A DNA stretch of 61,104 nucleotides from an uncultured Bifidobacteriales bacterium (lineage in GTDB: Bacteria > Fibrobacterota > Fibrobacteria > UBA11236 > JADFYW01), in contig CAZRWX010000002.1 in assembly GCA_964603925.1 (NCBI GenBank), positions 1-61,104 on the forward strand, read 5' to 3'. Position 1 is the stretch's first letter. Each line of letters begins with the position of its first letter. Position numbers and translations under genes: made by a program. The notes below the pieces were generated by a model. That model was given only the letters and a program-made list of their open reading frames with translations, did no database searches and had not been told where the DNA came from. Shown here piece after piece: positions 38,956 through 49,752 of the stretch.

Positions 38956-39896
38956 CTCAGCTGCAGGGAAAAGGGGTATTTACCAGGTGTAAGTGCAAAA
39001 CGCTCCGGGGCATCAAAATCATTAAGTACAGCATCTACAATGGCATCTCCTACAGAATAAAGATAAAGAACTCCTATGCCCCAGAAGTATTGATTACGCC
39101 TTTTTCGGAATAGGGTAACTTCTTCCTGAAGATTATTAATCTTTGTTGAAGAAACGCCTTCCAGTTTCGACATTTTAACCCTGGCCTGGAAATATTCCAC
39201 CATCTCCTGGCGGAAATATGACGATGCAATGCTACCCCCAATGGCCATCCATAAAAGCCCGAATTTTCCGTATTTACCATTATAAATCTGGCCTGCGCCC
39301 GGCATGGCCAGGGCCAGCCAGAAGGCCTTGGTACCCGATAATGTGACCGGTTGCGGGTGCCGGGATTTTTGGACCATTTCCAAGGCGTCCACAATGCCGT
39401 AAAAATGTAGCCCCAGGCTCCAGGTTATTTCGGATTTCATAAGATCCTGGTGCTTTTTCTTTAGATCCAGCTGTGTTCGGGCTTTTAAGATGAACTTCTT
39501 ATAGCTGTCCAGGGCATTCTGATTTCCAGGATGAAGGCTGTATTCCTGCAAATAAGGAAGTGATGAGTCCAGATGGTTCTGTATTTCCTGGTTTTTGCTG
39601 CGAAAGAATTCTTTCCTGTAAATAAGAGCGTCTGATAAAAGAAAAGTCTCCAGCCCTATAAGAAAACCGCTGCGGATATAGTGCCTGCTGTAAATTTGAC
39701 CACCGCCTGGCGCTATTGCTGAATACAATATTGCTTTGGGATAGGAAAGAATTCCTGCTTCAATATACCAGTCGTCTTCGGGAAGAGTGTCTATTTCAGG
39801 TATCCCCGAATTACGTTGACCATAGGTGCTGCATAATAACAAAACAATGAAAAGACAGACTTTTGTAGTCCAATAATATGTTGTTTGGAAAAACAT
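38943..39896 (-). CDS. Membrane protein with two DUF5683 motifs
   Basis: APGGGQIYSRHYIRSG and MPGAGQIYNGKYGKFG motifs, each followed by a TM, plus a signal-like N-terminus. Confidence 0.6.
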   Translation of the reverse strand: MFFQTTYYWTTKVCLFIVLLLCSTYGQRNSGIPEIDTLPEDDWYIEAGILSYPKAILYSAIAPGGGQIYSRHYIRSGFLIGLETFLLSDALIYRKEFFRSKNQEIQNHLDSSLPYLQEYSLHPGNQNALDSYKKFILKARTQLDLKKKHQDLMKSEITWSLGLHFYGIVDALEMVQKSRHPQPVTLSGTKAFWLALAMPGAGQIYNGKYGKFGLLWMAIGGSIASSYFRQEMVEYFQARVKMSKLEGVSSTKINNLQEEVTLFRKRRNQYFWGIGVLYLYSVGDAIVDAVLNDFDAPERFALTPGKYPFSLQLSYIF

Positions 39897-39936
39897 TGAT
39901 TACCGGAAAGATAGATAGAGGATCATGAAGCTGGTT

Positions 39937-41058
39937 TTACTCTGGCGTTTGGCGCTTAAACTTTCTTTTTAATTTAATAATGCGGTTTTTCTTCTTTTTA
40001 ATGACTTTTATGGAGCGATCCTGGGCCTCTTGCATGACCATTAGGTCGGATTCTGTTTTGCTCCGTATATCTATTAGTAAGCCGTTAAGAGTCCTCTCAA
40101 ATGTGCTGAATTTAATAACTCCGTCTACAGCGTAATAACGTGAATTCTCGATACGTGGGGAATAGCTTATAGTTGACAGATTAATAATAGTCTGTAAGCC
40201 TGGGATTGAAAGCTTCCATGCCTTTTGCAGTCTGGGTACAAATTTTATATCAGAATCAATTACAGCGTAGTCAACTTCTCGCTCTGTGGCCAGTACCTCC
40301 CCCTGATAGCTGATACGAATTGCTAATTCGGTCTCCAGTTTGCCTGGATATGGATTATTAGTCCAAATGATATAAGACTCTCCGCCCACACCATTTAAAA
40401 AAATAAGCTTGGATGGCCCCTCTCTCTTTTTGGGATCGATTGTCTCATTGCTTTTTAAAAGTATGGCCCTTTCAAACCTGAGCCGGTGATATAACAGTAT
40501 GCCATTGATAACGTTTGTCTGCCCTTGCAGAACAGCGTTGGCAATGAAAAACTCTGACTTTTCCGGAAGGGTGTTGATAACCCTGTACAGAGGCTGAAAT
40601 GTTTTAAAGACAAGGCTTAAGTAATAATGACCGAAGTTATAAAGGAATTCTCCGTCCTCCACCTCTGTAGGCCATTTAAAATCAAAAGCAGGATGAGGGG
40701 GAAATATTGTTTTCTCAAAAATATTGATGTCATATTTTTGAGGTTCAAGAAAGAACCAGTTATTCTTCCAGTTTAAAACACCATCAAAATTGCCAATGAG
40801 CTGGGTTGTGGAGCCAGTGTTGCGTTTTCTTTTAAAAGAAAAATAGTAGGCGGTATTACTGGAATCATGCCGGCCTATAAAATAAAATGAATCGTGGTAA
40901 TACTCCTCTATGCCCAGGGTATCGCTAAGTGAATGTGCCGATGTTAAAAAAAAGGCGATAAGAGCAGGCCAGTATATAAAACGCACGTATTTGGGAGCGT
41001 TACCCTTGATTGCCTTAATAATAGACAGACGAAATGAAGTTGCAGATGTTTTTATCAA
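39937..41058 (-). CDS. Hypothetical secreted/membrane-anchored protein with Lys-rich C-terminal tail
   Basis: 373 aa with an N-terminal hydrophobic segment and a C-terminus KVIKKKKNRIIKLKRKFKRQ. No recognisable domain. Confidence 0.45.
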   Translation of the reverse strand: MIKTSATSFRLSIIKAIKGNAPKYVRFIYWPALIAFFLTSAHSLSDTLGIEEYYHDSFYFIGRHDSSNTAYYFSFKRKRNTGSTTQLIGNFDGVLNWKNNWFFLEPQKYDINIFEKTIFPPHPAFDFKWPTEVEDGEFLYNFGHYYLSLVFKTFQPLYRVINTLPEKSEFFIANAVLQGQTNVINGILLYHRLRFERAILLKSNETIDPKKREGPSKLIFLNGVGGESYIIWTNNPYPGKLETELAIRISYQGEVLATEREVDYAVIDSDIKFVPRLQKAWKLSIPGLQTIINLSTISYSPRIENSRYYAVDGVIKFSTFERTLNGLLIDIRSKTESDLMVMQEAQDRSIKVIKKKKNRIIKLKRKFKRQTPE

Positions 41059-41158
41059 TTTTAAAAAGTATCCTGGTTACTAACACTGTTATTCAGCAAA
41101 ATACATTTTTTTTCTGCGGGGACAGTTTTTGTCCCCGCAAGGCTTTATATTAATGTGT

Positions 41159-42415
41159 ATGAAAGTGGCTATAATTAATATCGGGGACGAATTATGCAAT
41201 GGCAAAGTGGCTAATACCAATGCCCGTGATATTAGCGCTCTTGCGTCTCAATGGGGGCATAATATCATCAGCATACATGTACTTCCCGACATCAAAAGCC
41301 AGATTAAAAAGGGAATACAGCAGGTTATGGGGTCTTGTAACTTACTTATTATCACCGGCGGCCTTGGGCCTACCCACGATGATATTACCCGTTTTGCTTT
41401 AGCCAGCTACCTTAAAGCCGGGGGTGATTACTCTCCTCAAGCTGCGGCCTGGCTTAGTCAATATTTAAAAAGTAAGGGTTATACCATGAGTTCGGGCCAG
41501 CGTGTTCAAACCTGGGTTCCCCACGGCTGTCGCCCGCTTAAAAATAACCGGGGCACTGCCTGCGGCTTATTTTTTAAAAGGGGCCAAACACAGGTTTTTG
41601 TCCTTCCAGGCGTTCCTTCCGAGCTTAAAGTCTTTCTGCAAGGGGTTATTACCCCTGTTTTAAACAAAGGGTCTTTTATATTTAAAAAGCAGATGTGGAC
41701 AATGGGCTGGTCTGAGTCCAGGCAGGCAGAAGTAGTTTCCAGCCTTCCCTCTCCAATCCGGTTTTCCAGCTTGCCTTCCGAGGCCGGCGTTCTGCTCAGC
41801 ATGAGCGTCAGCGGTCCCTATGGGGTTCAAGACTCTCTTAAAAAGCTTCTGTCTACCTGCTGGCGTGGTCTGGTTAAGTCTATTCCCAAGAGTGCTCAGG
41901 TAGACTCATACGGGCGTTCTCTGCCGGAAGCTGTTTGTGCCAATCTCGCCAGGCTTCAAGCCACAATGTCTGTTGCCGAATCATGTACAGGAGGGGGGTT
42001 GGGTTTCCTTATTACCTCAGTCCCCGGCAGTTCTCGGCTTTTTCAGCGTGGTTATTTAACTTATGCAAATTCTGCCAAAGCGGACATCCTCGGCGTTGAT
42101 ACCAAAACCCTTAAAAAATATGGGGCTGTTTCCGAGCCCGTTGTTTGCCAGATGGCCCATGGCTGCCGTCAGGTGTCCGGGGCATCCTATGCCTGTGCTG
42201 TTACAGGCATAGCGGGGCCCGGCGGCGGTCGTCCGGGCAAGCGTGTGGGTACTGTATGGGTGGCTGTAAGCTGCCAGGGGTCTACCATCAGCCAAAAGCT
42301 GCAATTGCATGGTTCACGGGACGAAATCAGATGGCGGTCAGCTTATAGTGTCCTTCATTTACTTAACAATTTGCTTAAGAATCAATTTATTTTAAAAAAA
42401 CACTTGCACAAATGA
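41159..42415 (+). CDS. cinA: CinA family protein (MoCF-binding domain plus nicotinamide-nucleotide amidase PncC domain)
   Basis: [12 protein letters not shown]...[13 protein letters not shown]-terminal domain and [12 protein letters not shown]...GIAGPGGG C-terminal domain. The track ORF starts at 41129. Confidence 0.9.
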   Translation: MKVAIINIGDELCNGKVANTNARDISALASQWGHNIISIHVLPDIKSQIKKGIQQVMGSCNLLIITGGLGPTHDDITRFALASYLKAGGDYSPQAAAWLSQYLKSKGYTMSSGQRVQTWVPHGCRPLKNNRGTACGLFFKRGQTQVFVLPGVPSELKVFLQGVITPVLNKGSFIFKKQMWTMGWSESRQAEVVSSLPSPIRFSSLPSEAGVLLSMSVSGPYGVQDSLKKLLSTCWRGLVKSIPKSAQVDSYGRSLPEAVCANLARLQATMSVAESCTGGGLGFLITSVPGSSRLFQRGYLTYANSAKADILGVDTKTLKKYGAVSEPVVCQMAHGCRQVSGASYACAVTGIAGPGGGRPGKRVGTVWVAVSCQGSTISQKLQLHGSRDEIRWRSAYSVLHLLNNLLKNQFILKKHLHK

Positions 42416-42459
42416 GCAGTATAATTAGATTATTTAAATCAATCAATAAAGGAGGCAGC

Positions 42460-43560
42460 ATGGCCAATAAAAAAAATCAAAACCCAGTCACAACCACTTC
42501 AAATTCTCAACGCGCCCAGGTCATTGAGGCGACCATTGCTCAAATTGAAAAGACTCATGGCAAGGGCTCTATTATGACTCTTGGTTCTCAGTCAATAGTT
42601 GATATACCGGTTATCAAAACAGGTTGTATCCAACTGGACATAGCTTTGGGGGTTGGCGGGTATCCGCGGGGCCGCATTGTCGAGGTATATGGCCCGGAGT
42701 CATCAGGCAAAACAACACTTACCCTTCATGCTATTGCAGAGGCACAAAAAGCCGGCGGCGTAGCCGCGTTCATAGACGCAGAGCATGCATTTGATGCGGT
42801 TTATGCCAGGAACCTGGGTGTAGATATCGATAACCTTCTGGTTTCCCAGCCCGATACCGGTGAGCAGGCTCTGGACATTTGTGAAGCTCTAGTTCGCAGC
42901 GGTGCTATAGATATTATCGTTATAGACTCTGTCGCCGCACTTGTTCCTCAGGCAGAGATAAACGGTGAAATGGGAGATTCACACATGGGTTTGCAGGCGC
43001 GCCTTATGTCTCAGGCTTTGCGCAAGCTCACAGGTATAGTCTGCCGTTCCCATACCTGCCTGGTCTTTATTAATCAGCTTCGCATGAAAATTGGTGTCAT
43101 GTTCGGCAATCCCGAAACTACTACCGGTGGCAATGCCCTTAAATTTTACTCATCTGTGCGTATAGACATCCGCAAAATTGCCACCCTCAAAAACGGGGAT
43201 GAAACCATTGGCAGCCGCACTCGTATTAAGGTGGTAAAAAACAAAACAGCGGCACCTTTTAAACAGTGCGAATTCGATATCCTTTTCGGTAGGGGTATTT
43301 CCAGAGAGGGCAGTCTACTGGATATGGCCACCGACTCTGAGATTGTACAAAAGAGCGGTACCTGGTATTCATACGGTAAAGAGAGGCTAGGTCAGGGCAG
43401 GGACAGGGCCGTTGAGTACCTTAAAGAAAATGTTACGGTCGCAGAGGAGATAGAGTCTAAAATAAGGGCGGTTTTAAATACTAAAGAAGATGATGAGGAA
43501 CTTCTGGCCAATATAGAACTGGTAACTCAGGGCGGCCCAGACATTAACGAAAAATTGTAA
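42460..43560 (+). CDS. recA: Recombinase RecA
   Basis: GPESSGKTT Walker A and [14 protein letters not shown] at 42460 after AAAGGAGG. The track ORF starts at 42412. Confidence 0.95.
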   Translation: MANKKNQNPVTTTSNSQRAQVIEATIAQIEKTHGKGSIMTLGSQSIVDIPVIKTGCIQLDIALGVGGYPRGRIVEVYGPESSGKTTLTLHAIAEAQKAGGVAAFIDAEHAFDAVYARNLGVDIDNLLVSQPDTGEQALDICEALVRSGAIDIIVIDSVAALVPQAEINGEMGDSHMGLQARLMSQALRKLTGIVCRSHTCLVFINQLRMKIGVMFGNPETTTGGNALKFYSSVRIDIRKIATLKNGDETIGSRTRIKVVKNKTAAPFKQCEFDILFGRGISREGSLLDMATDSEIVQKSGTWYSYGKERLGQGRDRAVEYLKENVTVAEEIESKIRAVLNTKEDDEELLANIELVTQGGPDINEKL

Positions 43561-43594
43561 TCTGAAGCCGCGACTTCTTTGGGTTACTACTGCC

Positions 43595-43623
43595 GGGGGG
43601 GGGGCTTGCTCCCCCCTTTTTTT
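43595..43623 (+). terminator. Rho-independent terminator after recA
   Basis: A G-run/CTTGCT/CCCCCC hairpin followed by T7. Confidence 0.75.
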
Positions 43624-43635
43624 ATTTGTGTACGG

Positions 43636-44511
43636 CTATTTAGCCAGCAGCTTTACATCCCAGATAAAATGGGCTGTAATAGTGAGCGATTCCAGGAAGT
43701 CATCTATTTTTAGATGAGGGTGATTTGTCCAGTAACCCCAATAAAGGTCCATGGAAATAGCATGCTTTTGGCTTAGGGGCAGTTCACATATACCCAGAGA
43801 GGTTTTGTTTTTAATAATATCAATCTCCCTGGCATATAGGAACTCATTCTTTATTACTGGGGAAAATTTTGAATCCTCAAACAGCAAAAGAGCTGTTTCA
43901 AAATAATGGACATTATCCTGAACTTGAATAAGCAGATCGCTGTTAAACTGGTAAATAAAATTATTGTCGACAGCATCTACATTCCAAAGCTCAGTAACTT
44001 CATTAAGCTGCAGAGTCCCAAAACCAAGGTTTAAATGAACATTAAATTGGAAAAAAAATATATCCGCGCCGGCCAGTTCACCACTAATTGGAATGTCCTG
44101 CAATATGCTGGATGATCTCCAATCAGCTTTGTTTGGAGGCATAGAGTCAAAGCCAATTAACGTACCATGATATAGCAGACGTTTATAACCGGCTCCTACA
44201 AGAGCCCATGGTAGAAATTTAGTACGGAATACTGCCCAGTAGTTACTGTGGTAAGGTGAAACATCAAAACCCATGACAGGGTTTAAATAGGTGTTCTTAA
44301 ACGTGCTGTTGGGGTTTTGAATTATTGGCTCTATCCACCCGGCTTCCAGGTTGAAATTGCCGTTTGAAAGGGAGGTGCCAGGGTTTGCTGGTGTAAAAAA
44401 CACCATTTGCTGCAGGACATAACCACCAAACTCACGACCAATATTTACCAAACCCCATGCGTTTGAAATACAGCAATACAAAATAAGAAGGATAAGAAGA
44501 CGTTTTACCAT
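43636..44511 (-). CDS. Hypothetical secreted protein (possible outer-membrane protein)
   Basis: Signal peptide MVKRLLILLILYCCISNAWG and aromatic-rich beta-like segments. No recognisable domain. Confidence 0.45.
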   Translation of the reverse strand: MVKRLLILLILYCCISNAWGLVNIGREFGGYVLQQMVFFTPANPGTSLSNGNFNLEAGWIEPIIQNPNSTFKNTYLNPVMGFDVSPYHSNYWAVFRTKFLPWALVGAGYKRLLYHGTLIGFDSMPPNKADWRSSSILQDIPISGELAGADIFFFQFNVHLNLGFGTLQLNEVTELWNVDAVDNNFIYQFNSDLLIQVQDNVHYFETALLLFEDSKFSPVIKNEFLYAREIDIIKNKTSLGICELPLSQKHAISMDLYWGYWTNHPHLKIDDFLESLTITAHFIWDVKLLAK

Positions 44512-44591
44512 TAGACCGCCTGGGTGGTTTATTGGAAAATAATTATTTATTCATCATATTTGTTAATTTTAAGTTATTTAAAGGTGGCTTT

Positions 44592-45632
44592 ATGACGTTT
44601 GATTTAGGAGAACATGTTCACCGTAGATATAATCCGCTAATTCAGCAGTGGGTGCTTGTGTCGCCACACAGGGCAAAAAGGCCGTGGCAGGGCCAGGTAG
44701 AAAAGTGCGCTCCTGATTTACGTCCCGAATATGACCCCAAATGTTATCTATGTCCGGGTAACATGCGTGTTAATGGTGAAGTAAATCCTCATTACGGATC
44801 AATTCATGCTTTTACCAATGATTTTTCCGCTTTAGTAGAGCATCAGCCCGAAGGTTCCATGGATGAGTCCTTTTTCTATGCTCAAGCGGTACGTGGTATT
44901 TGCAGGGTGGTAATGTTTTCTCCAAAGCACAATCTTACTCTTTCACAAATGTCTCCAGATTCCATTGCTTCAATTGTTTCATTTTGGAAGGATGAATATG
45001 AAAACCTGAGTTGTAAAGATTTTATAAATTATGTGCAGATATTTGAGAATAAAGGTGCCGTTATGGGGTGCAGCAATCCCCATCCTCATGGGCAGATCTG
45101 GGCTACTCAAAGCATACCACAGGAAATACTCATCAAAACTCATACGCAGTCTGAGTATTTTAAAAGCCATAAATCAAATATGTTAATTGATTATTTGGAG
45201 CAGGAGCTAATTAAGAAAGAGCGTTTAATTTTTGAAAATGATGAATTTGTTGTATTAGTACCATTTTGGGCCGTTTGGCCCTTTGAAGCAATGATCATTC
45301 CCCGTAACCATGTCTCCAGCTTAAAATATTTTTCAAAAAAGCAAATAAAGGCATTAGGTCAGGCAATAAATGTGTTAACCATTAAATACGACAATTTATT
45401 CCAGACTTCCTTCCCATATTCCGCCGGTTTGCATCAAGCACCATCTGATGATGGTGATTATGAATCTTTTACCTGGCATATGGTTTTTTACCCACCTTTG
45501 TTAAGGAGCGCTACAGTCAAAAAGTTCATGGTTGGTTATGAGTTGTTAGCGGAACCTCAGAGAGATATCACGGCTGAAACAAGTGCTGCACGGCTCAGAA
45601 ATCAGCTAAATATTCATTTTTTAAATAAATAA
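44592..45632 (+). CDS. galT: Galactose-1-phosphate uridylyltransferase
   Basis: CYLCPGN zinc motif and the HPHGQIWA active-site HxH. ATG at 44592 after AAAGGTGG. The track ORF starts at 44532. Confidence 0.9.
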   Translation: MTFDLGEHVHRRYNPLIQQWVLVSPHRAKRPWQGQVEKCAPDLRPEYDPKCYLCPGNMRVNGEVNPHYGSIHAFTNDFSALVEHQPEGSMDESFFYAQAVRGICRVVMFSPKHNLTLSQMSPDSIASIVSFWKDEYENLSCKDFINYVQIFENKGAVMGCSNPHPHGQIWATQSIPQEILIKTHTQSEYFKSHKSNMLIDYLEQELIKKERLIFENDEFVVLVPFWAVWPFEAMIIPRNHVSSLKYFSKKQIKALGQAINVLTIKYDNLFQTSFPYSAGLHQAPSDDGDYESFTWHMVFYPPLLRSATVKKFMVGYELLAEPQRDITAETSAARLRNQLNIHFLNK

Positions 45633-45704
45633 ATTTGTTGACACGGGGGCTTGCCATATCCATTTTTAAAAGGATATCCTTTAGCTTACCTGTGGGGCAG
45701 CATC

Positions 45705-46079
45705 ATGAAACGTATTATTACTTTTTTATCATCCTGTGCATTGGCAATTTTAATTATTTCATGTTCCTCCAGTCGCGCTCTTATTACACGTGGTCTTAAT
45801 TCTGAAGAACGCCGTCATTATATTATTCAAAATGGTTTTGGTGTAAGCAAAGAGTCTAAAGCATCTTTTCTTGCGGGTTTTGCTTCTGTAGGCATGAACC
45901 AGGAGCTTGTTTTTAATTTATATGGAGCACCGGACAGAACCTTAGAAGACGATTCCATTTGGGAATATGTCGATAGCCACGGTCAACTGATTACGGGTTT
46001 TAAATTCGAGGACAAAATGGTTGTTGAGGTAATGGGTGACCCCAGAGCCGGTTTACCCATGGAAGAGGCTGCGCCATAA
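45705..46079 (+). CDS. Small lipoprotein, possibly BamE/SmpA-OmlA-like
   Basis: Lipobox LIISCSS. The GMNQELVFNLYGAPDR segment resembles the BamE fold start. The match is weak. Confidence 0.4.
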   Translation: MKRIITFLSSCALAILIISCSSSRALITRGLNSEERRHYIIQNGFGVSKESKASFLAGFASVGMNQELVFNLYGAPDRTLEDDSIWEYVDSHGQLITGFKFEDKMVVEVMGDPRAGLPMEEAAP

Positions 46080-46118
46080 AGACCTGTCCTGGTTTTAATT
46101 TAACTTAAAATTCAATAA

Positions 46119-47264
46119 ATGGTATGGGATAAAATTCATTGCCGTTTTCCGGTTAATGGAAATTATATCTGGTTAAATAATTGCGGAACCACTCCAGCCA
46201 GTGGTGATGTTGTAAAATCTATGCGAGATTTTATGGAGGCTTATTCCCTCCAGGGTGTTTTAGCGAAGTCTTATCCCTATGCCAGAATAAGAGCCCAAAT
46301 ACTTGATAAATTATCTAACCTGCTTAATTGTAAGCCAGGGGAATTAGCGCTTATTAATAATACAGCGCAGGGTATGAATTATATTTCCCATGGTCTGCGT
46401 CTTAAAAAGGGTGATGGTATACTTTTACTTGAACAGGAGTACCCCAGTAATGTCTACCCATGGGAGCACTGGACCAAAAAAGGTATTAAAGTGGACTTTA
46501 TACCAATGGCTCCAAATCCACAGGGCTTTATTAATAATTTTAAAAGCAAACTGCATTCACATGTAAAGTTTGTGTCCATATCAGCCGTTCACTGGTGTAC
46601 GGGTATGCCTCTACCTGTTAAACACATCGGTGATATCTGCCAGAGTAATAATATCTCGCTTTGTCTTGATGGAGCCCAGGGGGTAGGTATGATGCCCATT
46701 GATTTAGAGTCCTCAAACGTGTCTTACATGGTTTTCCCAGCCTGGAAGTGGCTCCTTGGGCCTTTAGGTGTAGGCGTGTTGTATATAAAGAGCAGCAAAC
46801 TAAATGATCTTAATCTTATATTCAAAGGCACAAATTCTGTAATTGACAGTGCTGAATATCTCCCTTATAAAGATAAGATTAAGCCTGATACAGAGCGTTT
46901 TGAAATATCAACGCCTAATTTTATGGATTGGGTTTATTTTAACACCAGCCTGTGTATGTTGGAGCGTATTGGTTTTAAAAATGTTTTTAACAGGATTTGG
47001 CAGTTATCAGACTATCTTACAGATGCCCTAAGCTCTAAAGGTGTTAATTTACTTCGCTCAGGTTTTCCCAAAAACAAAACCGGTATTGTATGTTTTACAA
47101 AACCCGGAATTTCATCTTCAAGTTTGTACCAGTGGCTTTGCCGTAATAAAGTTGTCTGTGCTCTCAGAGATAACAATATAAGATTAGCTCCACATATTTA
47201 TAATTCCTTTGATCAACTGGATGCTGTAGTTAAGCTGATAGAGGAAGCGCCTGCGGTTACTTGA
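46119..47264 (+). CDS. Aminotransferase class V-fold PLP-dependent enzyme (cysteine desulfurase-like)
   Basis: SISAVHWCTG, LCLDGAQGVG and the FPAWKWLLGPLGVG putative PLP-Lys region. Confidence 0.8.
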   Translation: MVWDKIHCRFPVNGNYIWLNNCGTTPASGDVVKSMRDFMEAYSLQGVLAKSYPYARIRAQILDKLSNLLNCKPGELALINNTAQGMNYISHGLRLKKGDGILLLEQEYPSNVYPWEHWTKKGIKVDFIPMAPNPQGFINNFKSKLHSHVKFVSISAVHWCTGMPLPVKHIGDICQSNNISLCLDGAQGVGMMPIDLESSNVSYMVFPAWKWLLGPLGVGVLYIKSSKLNDLNLIFKGTNSVIDSAEYLPYKDKIKPDTERFEISTPNFMDWVYFNTSLCMLERIGFKNVFNRIWQLSDYLTDALSSKGVNLLRSGFPKNKTGIVCFTKPGISSSSLYQWLCRNKVVCALRDNNIRLAPHIYNSFDQLDAVVKLIEEAPAVT

Positions 47265-49752
47265 TCGGCTGGCTGCAGCACCTGAATCCCACTACCTTGT
47301 TACTGTAGTAACCTTTGGCAGGTTTTTTAGGGACTGCTTTATTGTCTATGGGGTCAATTATATATCCAAAGAGTTTTTGAGTGGGATAAGCTGTTAAATT
47401 TGGGTTAAGCTCCCTTAAGAAAATAGGGTGCTGGCTGGGCAGGGAATCAGCCTTCAGGGGATAAGAACTGAATTTAAACTCCCGGTAGTCCAGGGTATCC
47501 GTATACGATTGTGTATCGGCAGTAGTACCATGTATATTATAGGGTTTAATGGTAATGACCAGTAGACTTGTATCATTAAGGGTGATGAATGAGGGCTTTT
47601 TTGACAATGAATCCTGGTTTGCGCCTGGCAGAGCAATGGCCGATGAATCCCCATTGCTAAAGTATACAAAGATTGAAACAGTATCGTGATCAACTTTAAA
47701 CCTGGAAATATCCTGGCTAAAGGTTGGGCAAAAGTAGGCTGAATCAATCCCGCTGCGATTTTTGTATATAGCTGTAATATTACGGGTATGGGAAATACAT
47801 GAATCAATGTATTGCGGGCGTATTTGCATAGGCTTTACGGCTATACTGCATAAAGCCTGTTCTTGAATTTCAGTAATACCAAGGGGCGGCTTTTTATAAT
47901 TGCCGCCATGAAATTGTATGGGATTATTCGTATAACTTACCCATTCGGAAAAATTGCCTGACATATCAAATACGCCCTCATTGGTAACACATTGCGGATT
48001 ACGCAATTCAATATGGTTTGCCATGGCAGAGTCCTCTGCGCCCTGGTTGCAGTAACGCTGCAGTACTGAGGTTTGAGAGGCAATGTTCTTAAGAATAGAA
48101 TCTGTTGTAATAGATTGTATACCAAATTTGTGGACGAATTCATTCCGATTACCGTTACATGCACGTACCCATTCAATATCTGTGCAAAGATAAACACTAT
48201 CTGAGGGGAGAGAAAGTGAACGACAGATGTCTATAGCCATTGGTAGAGTGACATTATTTTCAAAATCACCGGTGCTATCCTGGTGCTCATAAGCTTCAAT
48301 GCAGAAGTCCGAATCCCCGGAAATTGGTACAAACCCCTCCCGGCACCTGAATAGAGTATCAGCTTTGGTAGTGACAGAAATAAAAGCGGTGTCTGACCTG
48401 TGATTTGTTGAATCTATAGCCCAAATAAAAACATTATATTGAACACCTGGAGGCAAAAAATGAAACATAACTTTGTACCAGGCAGTGTCAGTTAGTACAG
48501 TGTTTGGTAAGTAAATAAAAGATTGCTTATCATAGTAAACATGTTCTTTAGATTCCCCTATGTTGATAATGTACTTGATTGTGTCCTTAATGGCCGCCGA
48601 TACTCCGGAGGAGCTTTGAACTCGGAGAATGTGGTAGGCTCTAATATTTTGATCATAAAGAGAATCATTGAGACGAGTGTCCCTGCTCGCCACCCACTTC
48701 AAGCTGAATTGGTTTTTGCCAACGCTGTCCAATAGTACCGTGGGTATAAGTGGTTTCGTAGTGTCAGTGGTAATGATAGTTATCAGCTCTGCATCGCTGA
48801 AGCCGGCATTGCCGCTGCTGTCAACAGCGTATAGCTGAAACTGATATTTTTGCCGGGGGATAAATCCAAAGAGCTCCAGTGATATACGGTTAGAATCCAT
48901 TGAGGTGTGGTGACGCCTGCCGTCTGGTAAAAATAACCGGTAGTGGACTGGTTTGGCTGTAGTATCATCTCTGCTCAATATCAGGTTGTCAATATGAGTA
49001 GACGGTTGATTGGGGGTGTGGGAGTATACAGTGGATATACCATGGATGTAATAGACAATAGAGTCAATATAAAGAGGGGTAAATTCAGCATCATCGGGAT
49101 CGGGTATGTCCCTGATGCTTAAACTGTAACCGGAGATTATACCTGTATCAGCGGTGAAATCAAAAAAGCTTGTTGGATCTTTGGGGCGAAGCCAGCTGAA
49201 ATATACGCTTTGGTCAGTAAAGTCAATTTGCAGAAATAAAGGCTCCGGTTTAAACTGATCGTCGACAATTAGGTTAGTGAACCTTTGCTGCCCCCCGGGA
49301 CCATCTCCCGAATACTTGGACACCAGAGCAAAGTGAAATTCTGAATCGGTGGTGTCCAGTGTATTAACGGAATCCAGTATATAGTAGGGGGTGCCTAAAT
49401 ACAGCCCTTGAGAATCTACGGATTGTGGAATATCAGCTCCCAGAGAAAATATTATGCTGTCTCTGTCATCCTTATTTGAGTGTATGAACAGTTTAACTTT
49501 AGCCTTTTCTCCATCTTTTAGAATTTGCTCCCAATTTGTAGTGTCGAGATATATGGTATGCCCTTGAAACCCGTTCTTTTCCTGGGGGTTACGCCAGCTC
49601 ATTATAAATTTGGCTGGAGAAGATGTGTCTGCGGGAACTGGATAAATACGAAATTCAGAAGGAGAACGTAAATAGTCGGTGTTGTCCTCAAATGTTTTGT
49701 CTGTGCACGCTATAATCATGCATAGAATAAATATCCAGACTAGATAACGCAT
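47257..49752 (-). CDS. Large lipoprotein with FN3-like repeats and a split FGE-sulfatase (SUMF1/PvdO-type) domain
   Basis: Lipobox MRYLVWIFILCMIIAC. FCIEAYEH, FDMSGNFSEWV and C-terminal VVGFRCC motifs of the formylglycine-generating-enzyme fold. About 210 aa are inserted before the GFRC motif. The track start is GTG 49788. Confidence 0.7.
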   Translation of the reverse strand: MRYLVWIFILCMIIACTDKTFEDNTDYLRSPSEFRIYPVPADTSSPAKFIMSWRNPQEKNGFQGHTIYLDTTNWEQILKDGEKAKVKLFIHSNKDDRDSIIFSLGADIPQSVDSQGLYLGTPYYILDSVNTLDTTDSEFHFALVSKYSGDGPGGQQRFTNLIVDDQFKPEPLFLQIDFTDQSVYFSWLRPKDPTSFFDFTADTGIISGYSLSIRDIPDPDDAEFTPLYIDSIVYYIHGISTVYSHTPNQPSTHIDNLILSRDDTTAKPVHYRLFLPDGRRHHTSMDSNRISLELFGFIPRQKYQFQLYAVDSSGNAGFSDAELITIITTDTTKPLIPTVLLDSVGKNQFSLKWVASRDTRLNDSLYDQNIRAYHILRVQSSSGVSAAIKDTIKYIINIGESKEHVYYDKQSFIYLPNTVLTDTAWYKVMFHFLPPGVQYNVFIWAIDSTNHRSDTAFISVTTKADTLFRCREGFVPISGDSDFCIEAYEHQDSTGDFENNVTLPMAIDICRSLSLPSDSVYLCTDIEWVRACNGNRNEFVHKFGIQSITTDSILKNIASQTSVLQRYCNQGAEDSAMANHIELRNPQCVTNEGVFDMSGNFSEWVSYTNNPIQFHGGNYKKPPLGITEIQEQALCSIAVKPMQIRPQYIDSCISHTRNITAIYKNRSGIDSAYFCPTFSQDISRFKVDHDTVSIFVYFSNGDSSAIALPGANQDSLSKKPSFITLNDTSLLVITIKPYNIHGTTADTQSYTDTLDYREFKFSSYPLKADSLPSQHPIFLRELNPNLTAYPTQKLFGYIIDPIDNKAVPKKPAKGYYSNKVVGFRCCSQPIK

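Noticed and set aside
41116-41138. An 8-bp hairpin GCGGGGAC-agttttt-GTCCCCGC lies between the divergent 39937-41058 and cinA genes.
   Set aside because: It is not a terminator, because both genes start here and the T-run is on the 5' side. It could be an operator or leader structure, but one isolated hairpin is not enough to support a call.
41794-41807. The 14-mer GCTCAGCATGAGCG, identical to the F2 hairpin core, occurs inside cinA.
   Set aside because: It is in frame (LLSMSV) within a conserved part of CinA and has no GTCGAAG/CAAGG boxes. I treat it as coding sequence, although a 14-mer match is statistically unexpected.
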